A stretch of DNA of 64,000 nucleotides from Raillietiella orientalis (lineage: Eukaryota), in NCBI GenBank assembly GCA_036172245.1, contig JAYWIR010000003.1:2604001-2668000 (forward strand), given 5' to 3'. Position 1 is the first letter of the stretch; each line of letters begins with the position of its first letter. The translations under genes were made by a program, and so were the position numbers. This document shows, piece by piece, positions 1-13,200 of this stretch. Below the pieces are notes generated by a model. That model was not told the DNA's origin and searched no databases. It was given only the letters and a program-made list of their open reading frames with translations.

Positions 1-1229
1 AACGGAAGAAAGAAGAAGAAGGACAAGCCGGAAGCGCTTTCGACATAATACAAACAGTAACATTCATGGTCTTTTATGTATACATATGTAAACCGACGAG
101 GTGGCTGCAGGAAATCTTTTTCCTTGCACGGACGAAAAAGGCAGCAGCACGCATCTCACAACTTGCGTCTATTCATTGAATGCAGGTTTTTGAATGGTAC
201 AACTTTTGAGCTTCAGCTCTTCGCGGCATCTACTCAGTTCGAGAGAGATCAAAAAAATGAATCCGCCCGAAGATTTCTTTAGAGCGACATCCCTCCGAAA
301 ATGATGAGGGTGTCGGCGCCTCGAGATGTTGGATCCCGGTTCCGAGTCGCGCAGTTTGTGAAAAGATAGGTTCGAGCTGAAGATGCGTTCTCTTAAGCTC
401 TCAAGGAGGCGATCCCCCGGAAACGAAAACCGAAGACGTTCGGCAACCACCGTTTGAGTCCAGATCTAAGATTTCATTGATTTCACGATAAGATTGGCCC
501 CTAAAAGATAAAATGAACTCACGTATGTCCTACATTGTGACTACTCTTCAACCATGAAAGGTCTTTTCAAGAAGCATGCAGAATCACGGTTTTAGCACGC
601 CTTTCGTGCATGGATGCTGTCATCTCAGTGTATTTACCTTTTTTTTATTACCTAGATCACTGTATTGAAAAAAAAAAAAAAAATTATACTCACCTCTCGA
701 GACAAAATTTTTTTTTTCAAAAAAAAAAAAAGCAAAAAAAATAAAATAAAATGGAATCAACGAATGCGAAATTGACCAGGGTCTTTCGGGAATTCTCATG
801 CTCTCCCATTTCGTAAACAAAAGATAAAACACACGTGTGATATGGGGAAAAGGGGGAAAAAAAAAAAATCGGCATCAGCTGATTCGCTTGTAAGAATTTT
901 TTTTTCCTTTTTTTTTTTTTTCCTTAAACTCTCAGCTGATTTCTACAAAGCGGACAAATGCGGTACGGGAACCCAACCAGTGTACACCACCAGTGCAGAT
1001 GCGATGGTACTGCACCTTAGGTCAAAGCACATTATCTGACACTTGCTGCAGATTCCACTGATGGAATCTGAAGCAACTGGCTTCGAAAAGTGCAACAAAA
1101 ATCACAGGACCAACACAAAATCACTTCGGCAACGCCTTAAATCCCGTGCAGCAAAATAGCGCCTTCAAAAAGCATTCGAAGGTTCGTACGACGAAATTTT
1201 TTTTTGTTTTTTTTGTTTGTATTCCTTAC

Positions 1230-1256
1230 CTTGAAGCACAAGACTTTGCAGCAAGT
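1230..1256 (-). CDS. Candidate 27-nt Ubx linker microexon (adds DLLQSLVLQ before the linker G)
   Basis: The minus strand reads TTTTTTTAG|ACTTGCTGCAAAGTCTTGTGCTTCAAG|GTAAGG. The segment is 27 nt, phase 1 at both ends, with no stop in the Ubx frame. The pyrimidine tract is short, so the call is tentative. Confidence 0.3.
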
Positions 1257-4200
1257 CTAAAAAAACTCTTTCTATTATAGCATCTCTTTTGATATACCCT
1301 CGGCAGTTTCTAGACAAATTTGAAAGATTGAATCGGGAAGAGGCAATCCCATTGGTTTCATAGATAGGAGCAACGACGTGATGTTGCTTTTTCTATTGAT
1401 TCTCTGTGAAAGATGACAGTGCCTTTCGTAATGCCCCTTTTGCTTCATGGAGCACCACACACAGCCTCTGCTCATCATTTATATAGTAATCAATAACCTA
1501 ATTACATTTCATGCACGTGTGCAAAAGATGCATCTCTTGAAATGGCTAGCAAGCAACAAACATCAAACACAAACACCGAACGGAAGCATCAGCTAAGGAA
1601 AACTAATTAAAGTATTGTCAAATCTACAAAAAAACAAGCAAAAAAACGAGCTTTTAAACGGGAGCCAACTTGCTGCTCTTTCTTGGGTTGCAAGTTGGAA
1701 GACAATAGAGGATGCAGGACATGATCAGATTCTGTTTACCAAAAATGAACAAAGCCGGTAAACATTGAAAAAGAAACAACGAAAATAAAAATAGCCAACA
1801 AACAATAGGAGAAAACTTTCATTAGGTCATACCTGGGACACCCCCATTAAACCAGAACCCAAGGGTTGGCATCTTTGTTGGTATATCATGTGCTTGCATA
1901 TCTGAAAAAACAGGGACTTCATGACTACATCCTTGGCTACCTAGATTCCCATCATTTTATACAAAAGAATGTTTCGGAATCCAGGCGAAAGTTAGTTTGC
2001 CTAACATTTTACTACGTATTCAATCAGGGATGTGAGCATAGCGGATCGCTCTTTAATTTCTGGCATTAAGGAGGAAGCGGGACTGTTCTTCGGGATAGCA
2101 TTTGGACCGAGCCTCTGCTTAATCTCTCTAAGGTCTATCCCGTGTGTGGCGTGTGGCATTCCGAGGAGGAACGGATCGTAGGGAACGCAGAAACAGTGAG
2201 GAAAGGTTCTTGCTTTTTTCAAGGGAACAGCCTTCCACGATTTGCCCAGGAATGGACACTGGTCTCGCGAAGTGTGCTGAAAACCAAAAAAAAAAAAAAA
2301 AAAAAAGGAAAACAGATCGCGCGCCAGAAGAAAAAAAAAAAAAAAAAGGAAAGAAGGGAATGCACAGAATTGCAGCTCTTTCCTAGGCTCGGGACGTGGT
2401 TTGCCACGCTCCATTAAGGAGGATAGGCTTTCCTGCAGTGCCGACTGAGGCGGTTTTGGCACCAAGTCATATTCTTCGCCGTGGTCAGGAGGAGTCAGCT
2501 CGACGGTGCGCTTGATTGCTGGCAGCATCGTTCGCCTTTGCAAAGCTTCCGGGAGCTCTGAAGCGCGATGCTGCACGGGGATTGCGCGACCGTGGGCCCG
2601 CGTTGAGGATTCGGGAAGGACTGCACGCAGAAGTGCTGCTCCTGTTCTCTTTCGGCGTAATTTATAATTGGTTTCTTCCACAGTGAGAACTTGTCAGCGT
2701 GATCAGAAAACAAAGTGCTTGTAAATCAGGAGCGAGGCAAAAGGTTTATACCTTTCGTTTCCTCCTCCTCCTTCCTACCACCAACTCCATCTCATTACCT
2801 CCGAGCATGAACACTCGTGGAAAGCCACTGCAGAGGGTTTGTTTTTTTTTTTTGTTTTTTTTTTTTTTTTTAATCACAGGAAAACGTGTAACACGATAAT
2901 ACTCAGTCTGGCAGGTAATACAGATCGCTGCAGAGTCGGGGAAACGGTACATTATAATGGAGAACTGTCGATACGACCGTATGCTTCGTATTAATGGATG
3001 GCACAACTCTAGTGGAAAATGAAATTTTCCTCTTCCTTGGAAGCCTCGGTCGCAAGCGTGCAAATTAAACACCTGGACCGTCGAGGAAGCGAACGAGAGG
3101 CACGGATGTGAGCTGCAGCTATCCAGTCGTGTCGAAATGGAATCGTATGTGTGCAATTTCACCTGGCGATAAATAAGTCCAGTTGCTTTAATTAGTGACT
3201 TGCTCTCCTTGTTTTGACACGAATTACGTTCGGCGCTGCACACACGCTGCACGGCACCCGAAGAAGAAGACATGCAGAATTCGGATCTTGCTGCTCGATA
3301 TCGGGCGCCTACAAGAGCTCATTGCTATTAAGTCATTCCATTACTGGACTTCACATATTGAGTATATGGTCTTCGGTCCCGTATGAAAAGAGAGTGCACG
3401 AGCTGGTTATGAGTTCTAAATGAGTTAGCGATTACCATTTCTTGGCTCACGTGAGTGCCCAGAACTCTGCAAATAAATCAGTCACATAAGATCGCCCCCT
3501 GAACTTATTCTTTCGATGTTCGTTCGCTTTCGAGTAAGAAGGACAAAAACAAAAAAAAAAAACATAGTGGGCAGTCTTTGAAACGCTCCTCATTCTTTAT
3601 TCGGATCTCGTTCAAACCGTTCCGTTCCCCAGATTGAGACATTCGACCAGCGACTCCTCTGGTCAGCTTCCATTTCAGTTCTCATCTTTCCGTTCACGGC
3701 GTGCAATGGAACACCGCCCAATCCACTTCAAGGTGATTTTCAGTAAAGGTTTGTTTTTCCTAGACATGGAACACCGCCCCGTAGGAGGCATGTACTTGCT
3801 CCTCATCCCCACAATCTTTTTCTAAGAAGATTCGAAGTGCTCGCCACGATCAGGTCCTGGCTGCTGATCAGTTTCGCCGCTCATTGCGATGATTCACACT
3901 TCGCTGCACAATAGCAACATGGCCGATTCTGATTCTTCAGCGATTGAATCGATTAAGAGGGATGTGGAAAAAATATTCGATTCCTCCGGGTTTGTGCATT
4001 GCACGCAGCAAAAAGAAATCTCTTAGTGTAGTCAGGTCAGAGTTTTCGAAACTCGAAAATTCCAGGAATCTTCTTCGAGGATCTGCTCGTGTTCTTCCGG
4101 TTCTCACTTCTCCTCGATAGCATCAACACTTCCTTCGCCGGCCTTGCAATCTCGGAAGATTGCCAGCGAGCTTTCTGATCACCCACCCGTGCGTGAACTC

Positions 4201-4501
4201 GGAAAGGGTGGATGATGAACACGAAAATTCACTCCAAGCGATCACCTTCCCCCGTTTCTCCATCGTGTGGTTCATCTGGGATGTCCGGTCTCCTCGACCT
4301 CTTTGAGACGGGCGGAGCGAAGCGTACACGCGGCTCCGGAACAGTTTTGTTCGTCGAGCGCTATCGATTCCGGGAGTTTAGAAAAAACTTTCCTTTTTCC
4401 TTTCTTTTTTTTATTTCGAGGACGATACTGGTTAGTTCGATGTCTTCGTCCCGGGAGTGATTTTTTTACTCTGCGGGGGCTGAAGGGGGCTCGTGAGCTT
4501 C

Positions 4502-4531
4502 GAACTGACTTCGTCGGAACGAAGTCAGTTC
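4502..4531. repeat. Perfect 13-bp stem / 4-nt loop inverted repeat in the Ubx intron
   Basis: GAACTGACTTCGT-CGGA-ACGAAGTCAGTTC. Confidence 0.9.
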
Positions 4532-7210
4532 CGTCCGGAAGTAACGAGAAGCAAGTGCTGCATGTCACTTCCTTTCTCGCCTGCCGAATCCTCTTGCCCG
4601 AATGACGATCCAGCCACTCATTTATTGAGCATCGCATATGCAGGAGATGACGGTGTGATTCCTTCCCATCCGAGAGAGCGCTCCCGCGGCTGAACGGAGA
4701 CTCAAAGACCTTTGAGCCGCCAACGCCCCGACCTCTACCGGCAGCAAGAGAAAACGTTTTAGGTTCCTGCTCGGATGCTAGATGCGAGAGGGAAGTTCCG
4801 CCAGCCCTGGGTACAGACACTAGGTAGCTGCAGCAGGAAATAATCTGCAATCTCTCCAGCTATTCTCGAAAGATGCAGCAGTGGAACGATAGCCAGTGTT
4901 GCGGCCTAGTCGGAATATGGTTTCCCCCCTCGAAACTACGAATACATGCATTAGATGAGGTCTCCCAGCATCCCGGCACGAGAATTTATTGACGATCTGT
5001 CGACACGTCTCTTATTGCAAAATCATTACTGCCGGAATTTTCAATCTCCGGGTCTGCTACCGGCTTGCAGAACTGCCCTCAACACTTTCGTTCCGGACAT
5101 CGTCTTGGGGAGCGAAAACAACGTATCGGTGTTGATATGTTGTAGTCGATCCCCACATGGGTTTTCCTGCGTGGGGTTGTGAGGTTCGACTTGTGCTCAC
5201 TCTAGCCAAATGCTCAGCCGCAGTGCCTTCTTCCTCCATGACTTTGAAAGGCACTTTCCGGAATTATTACTTTTATTTATCCCGCGCGTTCTTCTATTTG
5301 TCGAAGATCCAGTCGGAAAGTACTGCTTTTCATTCTTCCTCCGAAGACTAATTATTCATTGGTTTATTTTTACGGGATGCGTCTTCAGAATTCCTGAAAT
5401 TACAAAGTGCTGACTCAGGCATCTTAATGAGTTCCAGTTTCTTAAGCCTTTCCTCAGATCATTTGAAAGTTTCGTCGTTTTCTTTGCCAGCTCAATGAGA
5501 ATTTCACTCAGTTCCGAGATGATTTCCAATTTCCTTTATTCATGAATCTTAGAGCTTTGAGAATAATCCCTAAACGTCAAGCAATTTACACGGTAATGAA
5601 TTACGGTTTGTCCTCAGGTATTTTCTCCAACTCTAACGCCAATGGATGCATTAATGGCCGCTGATTCCAAAGTGCTTTCTAAGCTTCCCATCAACTGCTT
5701 TGCTCCACCTGAATCAGCCTCCACAAAGATGCCTCGACGCATTGGCCGTAGTGATCGCAGAAGCGATCGTGTGTGCCGCACGGGGTTTCCCTTGCACGAC
5801 GTTGGGGGCCCTGAGGAACCGCGTGTGGACAAAACGACCGGTCAGCTGCAACCGAGAGTTGTCTACCCTTAAAAGCTTCCAGGTGAAGTCGCTGAATACG
5901 TCATTTGTGGGAAGTGCAAAGCGAGAAAACTGCATGCAGCGCAACTGGCGGAACCGACATTCTCGTATGTCTCCACACGATTTCTTACAGCTTTTTTTTT
6001 TTCTTTTTTTCTCCAAATCAAGTCAGTCATGAAAATAGATCGTTAATGAACGAACAGTGCTATAGAGTGCTTAGAAAAAATAGGTGGCAATGCACATCGA
6101 CAAGTAACAACTGCTGCAATTTTTTTTTTGTCCGTTCTGTGTTCTTCACATCGGTCCCTCTAAAACTGGCAATCCACTTTAGTGTGCACTTGGGCAAATG
6201 TGATCAAGAGAGAGAGAGAAAAAAAAAAAAAAAAAAAATGGCCGAGTCCCCCCTGCGATTCTACAAATGGAACCAAACAAAAGCGGAAGAGCTCTCCCAC
6301 AACGAATGCTGAAAGGAGTATGTGCGGAACGCATCTGAATAAATCCGAATGCAATCAAGCAATTATTCTTAATTTGGACCAGTTCACAGTCCGGTCCTCA
6401 AGAGCGAAGCGAAGATGGATTCTGTTTTACCCACGGTGGTGGTTGTTATGGTGACATCGGCTCGTTGATGATGAGATGTAAGTGATGTGAAACTCGGATA
6501 AATCGAGGAAAGGTTGTACGATGGGTTCCTGTACATAAGGTCATTGATGAAATGTCATGAAGGCACTGCACAAGAGCGAGAGAGGGAAAAGGGAGGGGGG
6601 AGGGAGAAATAAATGCGGTTGGGAATTTGCAAGCGTTGGAGCACAGATATCTCTATAAGCGAATGCTTTCTCCGTTGAAGCAGCTACGGGAAATGGTCTT
6701 TTGATCCTCGCATGCAGAGAATCTGCAGCTAAATTCACCTACAGTATGACAAGATCGGAATGAATTCCTGATGGTGAATGGATACGTTTAAAATATGTTG
6801 TGCACAAGAAGAGCATTTAAGAGCTGAAAATATCTTATCGGAGTGTACCAAAAAGGAGAAATTCAGAGGAGAGTGGACAGCGCTTTATGATATAGGAGGG
6901 ATGGGTTACTTGTGAGGAACAAGCAAAAGAAAATATGACTGTTTGGTGTTTGGCCATTGCTTTTCGTACAAGAAAAAATGGCGATTTCATGTATGAACGA
7001 ACTTTTATTGCTATTCATTCTGACGATTTATAAGGGTGGTTTGAATGCTGGACATGTTTTTCAGAAAGATGAGGCTTTCTAGACTTCTGGATTTTTTAGA
7101 GACCTTCGCTAACAAAACAGATCCATAGAACAACGTTTATAACTTGATATTCTTTGTCACTGAATGAAAATTTTTCTTCAATTCGCAGTCTTCAGTTGAC
7201 GGAATTCATT

Positions 7211-7243
7211 TGTGTGTGTGTGTGGGTGCGTGCGCGTGTGTGT

Positions 7244-7278
<35 letters not shown>
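7211..7278. repeat. Imperfect (TG)n microsatellite
   Basis: Directly visible TG run with a few GC and TA interruptions. Confidence 0.95.
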
Positions 7279-7279
<1 letters not shown>

Positions 7280-10200
7280 CTCCACGGTTTGTTTAGATTT
7301 GAATGAACGGAGTAAAAACAAAATTCAATCGTGAACTCAGCATCACAAATTGAAAGCAATTTTTTTTTTTTTGTGTGTGTGTGTGGCGTGTACGTGGAAA
7401 AATATCAAGTCATAAACGCTATTTAGTTCTAAGTGATAGCGACTTGAACGGAAGCACCATGGAAACGGATGACAGTGCCATCCGATTTTGGTGGAAGGCA
7501 GGAACAGAAGTGTCCGAAACATCAGAACACTGCCCGTTGTCCGAATGCCTCCCTTGGCTTTTCTTGATTTCTCGGAAAAACATGATTAAGAGATTGTTCT
7601 CTTCCACGATGTTTGCCTAATATGTTGCGAGTGCGAATGGTCGGTGGGTGAGAGATGTTTTCACGTGTTTCGTATGGTCCAGCGCTACGCTCCATCGAAC
7701 GAATACAATTCTCTCCACTGTTTGTGTTGTCTAATCATCATGTTGTCCGTGTTTGGATCCCACTTTGCACAGAACTGGTTTGCAGGGGGGGGGGAAAAAA
7801 AAAAAAAAAAAAAAACCTCCTTTGCAACGCTGTTGCTGAATAAAGCCAATACCGTTCTTGATTAGTGTTTCAGCTGCGAATCTTATGGATTTTTAAATTG
7901 GTACTTCATACGGAGAAGCAAGCAGAAACGAGCATGACGTGTGATCACTGCTCAGATCAGGAAGGCAAGATATATCATGATTCGCAGAAAAACAAGTTCG
8001 AGTTCAAGGAGATTTTTTTTTTTTTTTTTTTGCACTCTGCTATCTTCCGTGTGAGAACAGAGAACGATTTGAGAATCAAAGAGCATTTCGAGGGCTGCTG
8101 CGAGGCTGGTAGGAATCGTTCGGGACCCACACATCCCCAGTTCGAAGCCCCCACATTTCCCAGCTTCCAGATTTTGCAAGTGATTGGGCGCAAGGAGGCG
8201 AGCACGGGGAAATCCTCCGAAAATTTCCAATTCTCTCCTCGGCATCCCAGGTCGCAATCAAATATCCCGCCCTGATGACATGGAAAAGCTTTTCCTGCGT
8301 CCTACGCAAGGCAAACAAACACACAAATACACAAATTACTCGCAAAAGAACACCACTGCTATCACGATAGGTTGAGGGGGTACTGCTCGAACTATTTGAA
8401 CAAAAAAAAAAAAAAAAAAAACAGAGATCTGAATCAGCATGGAGGTAGTTTTGATTCACTGCTTGCTTTTTGTTTGATCTGTTACGTGCCCACGAATTAT
8501 GACGCACAAAATTCTTCCTTTGAAAGCAGCCGTGGGCTATCCATCCATGTGTCTTCGGAAACATTCCCAAAATGGTGCGTTTATTGCGTTGGAAGGCTCA
8601 CATGTAGAACATGTAGAGTATTGCGAGACTTGGGTTGCGAGATGATGCCGCCGACATCCCAAGTCATCTGAGAGGGCAGAAATGCCTTTGTATTCAAAGG
8701 GGCACGTACTCTGGCCAGATAGAAGTGCGTTCGACGATTAACTCGGCTCAATAAGGAGATGGTGAATGAATGAAAAACGCCGGCTACACATGGAATCACA
8801 TGTGGACGAGAGAAACCGAAACGAAAAATAAAAACCATCATGATGCTCGCTTCTCTCCTGGACGGGGAATCAAATCGCTTCTTGTTTTCCTTGGGAAATA
8901 GGTGGTTTTTTCACACTGCGAGCAGTTCATTCTTCATGAGGAGGAGGCATCGATGGGGCTTCGGGTTTCTTCCGTGGTGGCAATTACATGCCTGCTGTGT
9001 TCCCCGCCTTGTTGGACAGCTTTCAGAGCATCGTAAGCTTCATTTAAGCTCGAGTTTTCCGTACATTCCGTGGAGGAAGAGAGCAGCAATCTTTGTTTCA
9101 AACGGGAATGTGTGGTTCATGATCAGCTCAGTTTCCTGTGTCTCCGGCGCGGACTGATTCACTGCCAAAATGATTTAGTCATGGTTACTCGTGGTTTCCT
9201 ACGTAAGTGTCCCCATAACTTGCCACCAAGGGCAAACCATAAAGTTTACTTCCTACTCCGAGGAACACGATGCCGTTCCCCTTGCTCAGGATGCATTCGG
9301 TTGCCTAATGTTTCAAGAGGAACTTTCGCGAATGAATTGGAATTTCCAGGTGAAAATCACGTTCGCTTGCTTTGCAAGGAGTTGACATGTCGGTGAAGCT
9401 CGGCGAGTGGAATGAACTTGAAATACTTCCGGGATCAAAAGCTGTTTCAATGTCACGAAAACAGCCAACGGACTTGGTACGTATCCTAAAGGAGATCCTC
9501 ATGGGAATTGATCTCAGACGTTCCATCGCTTGGAAACAGGTGGGCAAATCCAGATCACAGGTCAGAGATCTGATTTTCTAATTTCCTTTCAGGCGTTGAA
9601 TACATTTGTTTATTTGTAAAGGCTCATTCGATGCTCCGCATTCTTAGATGAACAGAATTTTAGAATCCCCACACTACTGTTAAGTCTCCTTAATAGGGAG
9701 TCCGTGTAATTAGTATACACTGCTAGTAAGTGAGTGCTATACTACAAGAGCGGTCGAAATCGCAGGATGTTTTTTTTTTTTTTTCTCCTTAAGGTAGTCA
9801 GCCTGACCTCAAACAATGCTGCAGCCCTGGAGACAAACCTAAGCTGAACTAAAAGTGAAAATACTAGCAGAAGTCCCTTGAACCTGCTGGCATGATTCGA
9901 CAGACCACTTGAGCAACCCCAGAAAAATGCGCCATCAGGCAGCAAAGTCACGTAGAAAGGCGATGTCAACTTCTCCCGACCCCTTTCGTTGACTGAAATC
10001 ATTTTTCTGGCAACCGATTTCGGCGTACCCTTTCTTTTCAGCCGCTTCCTCGCGAGTGTGTCACGGACCCAGGAATTCTCCACCAAGGCACCACCAGACA
10101 AAGATCCCAGTACAACGTTATGAAACGCGTGTTTACTCCATATGCGATGAAGAACATTCTGATCCCACTGTGCCACACGCAGGCCTTATCCACCAAGCGC

Positions 10201-13200
10201 CTCGATGTACCCAGCTGCATGACTCGCCCTTTTTCTTATCACCGAACATCCCGTTGCTTTCGATCCTTCCAGCATCCTCAACATCCCACTCGCACCGATT
10301 GCTTCCGTATCTTGACGATCACGGTGTCGTGCGAAACCAAGGAAACGCTTCGGAGTCTGCGGCTCACGCTGAATGCGCGCAGTGTGTTTGCGAATGCTCA
10401 TCCCCGTAGGTCCCCATTTGGGAAAACGTTCCCAAGACAGCGAAACGCCGGCACTCGCATTCGTGTTGTGAGATTCCTGTTTGGCTCGCGCCGATGCTCC
10501 ATCAATGCGCCACTTGCTCCCGATCTACGTGTTCCATCGGGAACGGAGGTACTCTCTTCCCAACCATCCTGTGATCGCTGAGGTTTCACACACGTGCCTG
10601 CGACCGGAAGCAGACAGAAAAGCTTGGAGGCACACTTGCCGGAGGCAACGAAGAGTGCACCGCGAGTCGAATTCAAGCAGAGCGGTGGTATTTTTCGATT
10701 GCGCCCCCACGGTGGGAGTCGGTTGCGAGTGGCTTGGGCCTTTGCACCAAAGCGGAAGTGATCGGCGGCCATTCACATTTAACGCGGGCTTCAGAAAGAC
10801 GGCATCCCGGATTTACGCACGTAGGTCCCCAGGGTATCAGTTTTTGTTTCGATGCAAATTCCGAGAAGGGTTACTGCAGGTTCCCGCAAGAGAGATGCCC
10901 CACATAAACTCGAATCACTTCTCTCACCAATTTCAAGATTCTCGTAAAAGGATGGGGGAGGGGACTCGCGGGGAGGGGGGGGGAGAAGGCAGAACGAAAC
11001 CTCACTCGTTCGGTAAATCACATGAAGGGCACATGCCAACTTCTCCCTCCTCCTTTCATTAATTCGGGCAATTTCTCGCGCAGAGGATTTCCGCTATGCT
11101 TCCCAAGCGTTTCAGTGAGTTATAAAATAGTAAACGATGAATCCCGATCGACTGGGAGGTCTGAGTACTTTGGGGGTGAGCACTTAGCCGCGGGCGGTCT
11201 TTGTTGTTTCGCAAGTTGAAACCACAGGTCCTCATCGCAACCAGAAACGAGGAGCGACCCGCTCGAGGGATGCCGCCGCAGTAACATTCCCTCCTTCCCG
11301 GTCTCCGCAGACAAGTCGCCTTCCGGGTGGACTCTTCCTCCGTTTTCCGGATTCCTCTTCCTGGAATTGTTTCCAGCTTGTGCTGCGTGAGATCCGGAAC
11401 AGCGGGTCTCCAGCAGCGCTCCCCCCGGCATCTGCTCGAAGACATGCCGTGGCATAACATTCTTTTTTCAAAATTTATCGCATGGAGAATCACGCGAGCT
11501 GCGCGACGTGATCAACACGTCATTTTACGTGGTTGCTTTGTGTAGAAACAGCACGAAAACGATCTTCCCATCTCCGTGGATACCGATCCCCACTTTCCCA
11601 AAACTTTCACGACTCTCGGAGATTTCCAGCGAGCGTGCTCGCGCTCCTTTCTTCCTCCCCTCCCCCGCCAGTCCTGTGGAAGCTGCAGGTCTTCTGGTAA
11701 GGGGTGCCTAACGAGATTGGTTTGCAGTATTCGGTTCCCTCCAGGCGTTCAAACAAACGGTCGGATATTCCCGCCGACAGCAGGCCTGCGGAAGGGCAGA
11801 GCGTTCCGGATCACTGCCTCGGTCTTGCGAATCCAACGTCCCTCTTCCTGCATACAGGTCACGTGTCCACAGTCTACTCTTGGCTCTCCTGGTTGGCTTG
11901 ACAACCCGCACATGAGGGACGCGGCGCGTCGTGAGCGATCGGTTCGCGCGCGCAAAGCGTCAGCGACGGGTTTTTCGCAGGAAAAAAAAAGAAAAAGGAT
12001 CGTCGTCTCCAAGGGGACCACGTCGCTTTACCTTCCGCTACGTCGTGTTCCAGCCGACAGAGTGCTCAATGGTCTCTTCTGGGCAAAGTTCGTTACGTCA
12101 CCGGAAACAACTCGTGTTTCCGCTTCTAGGAGACGTTCCTGTCCATCTCCCTTCCCATTCAAGGGGAGTGGAACACCTCCAGCCTCTCGACTCAGCAGGT
12201 CGAATGACTCAAATCTAAACCTCATTTCTGGCACTCTCAAAAAACACCAAAAGAGCTCCTACGGCGAGGAAGTTGAACTGCTTCGTGCCCAAGATCGCCG
12301 TCTTCCCAAACGGCCCGTTAGGACGGAACCTCAGTTCTCAATAGGAGTTTTATCTTCTGCTCAGAATTTCATTAAAAATCAACTCCAAAGGTATCGCGAT
12401 AATTGAAGAGATATCAGTTTCATGCATCATTACCAAGATTTACTGACGCAATTGCACTGTGTTACGGAAGCGACACTTTCCCGCGTGTACCTCCTGTACC
12501 CTCCCCCCCGTGTTTCTCTGAGAGACCCCGAGCAGTTCTGAGATCGTTTCGTTCGATTCAATCTTCGACCGCGCGCACGATTTGCGATTAGAGCTGCTCC
12601 TTCCGCGGTTCGTTTCCATAGAAACACTTTCGGTGTTTCTCGGGGAAGGGGGGACATGAATCGAAGTCTTCCGGTTCCAGTAAAGGAGTTGGTTGTCGGA
12701 AACTTCGGTCTTCTTGCCACAGTCTTCGACTGAAATCCCTGAACACGGGCTCTCGATTCCACGCCCAGCTAATTCTTGCTTAGCAACCGGCCAGCACATC
12801 ACCGCAGGCAGAATCAAAGCATTGCAGGTAATCCACTTTCGCTGTGACCGAACACTGACCGTCGACTTTGGATAGGAGTGCTGTCGATACTGCCAGCATC
12901 AGCACGGAAGTGTCGCCTAAGACCAAAGCTGTCGATCCTCTTCATCACTCAAGCACTCATAAGCAGGTGCTAATTCAGCTTCCACTAATTATCCGTTCAT
13001 TAGACAGCTACGATTCGTCCGGACCGTGCTGCTTGCACCTTCTGGCAACCCTGATTGTCCGCGTTCTCACTTTCACAGAAAAGTAGATCGATTTCTAGTA
13101 CTATGTATGACTCTGATGGCTTTGCAGCGTTTATGCTCGTATGGAGGATTACGGATGTTCATGGGAACGTCTTGTGAGTTCTTGTCCATTCCTCACGTCT

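Noticed and set aside
3706..3779. 14-bp direct repeat ATGGAACACCGCCC spaced 60 bp apart
   Set aside because: Only two copies with no element structure between them; most likely a small local duplication.
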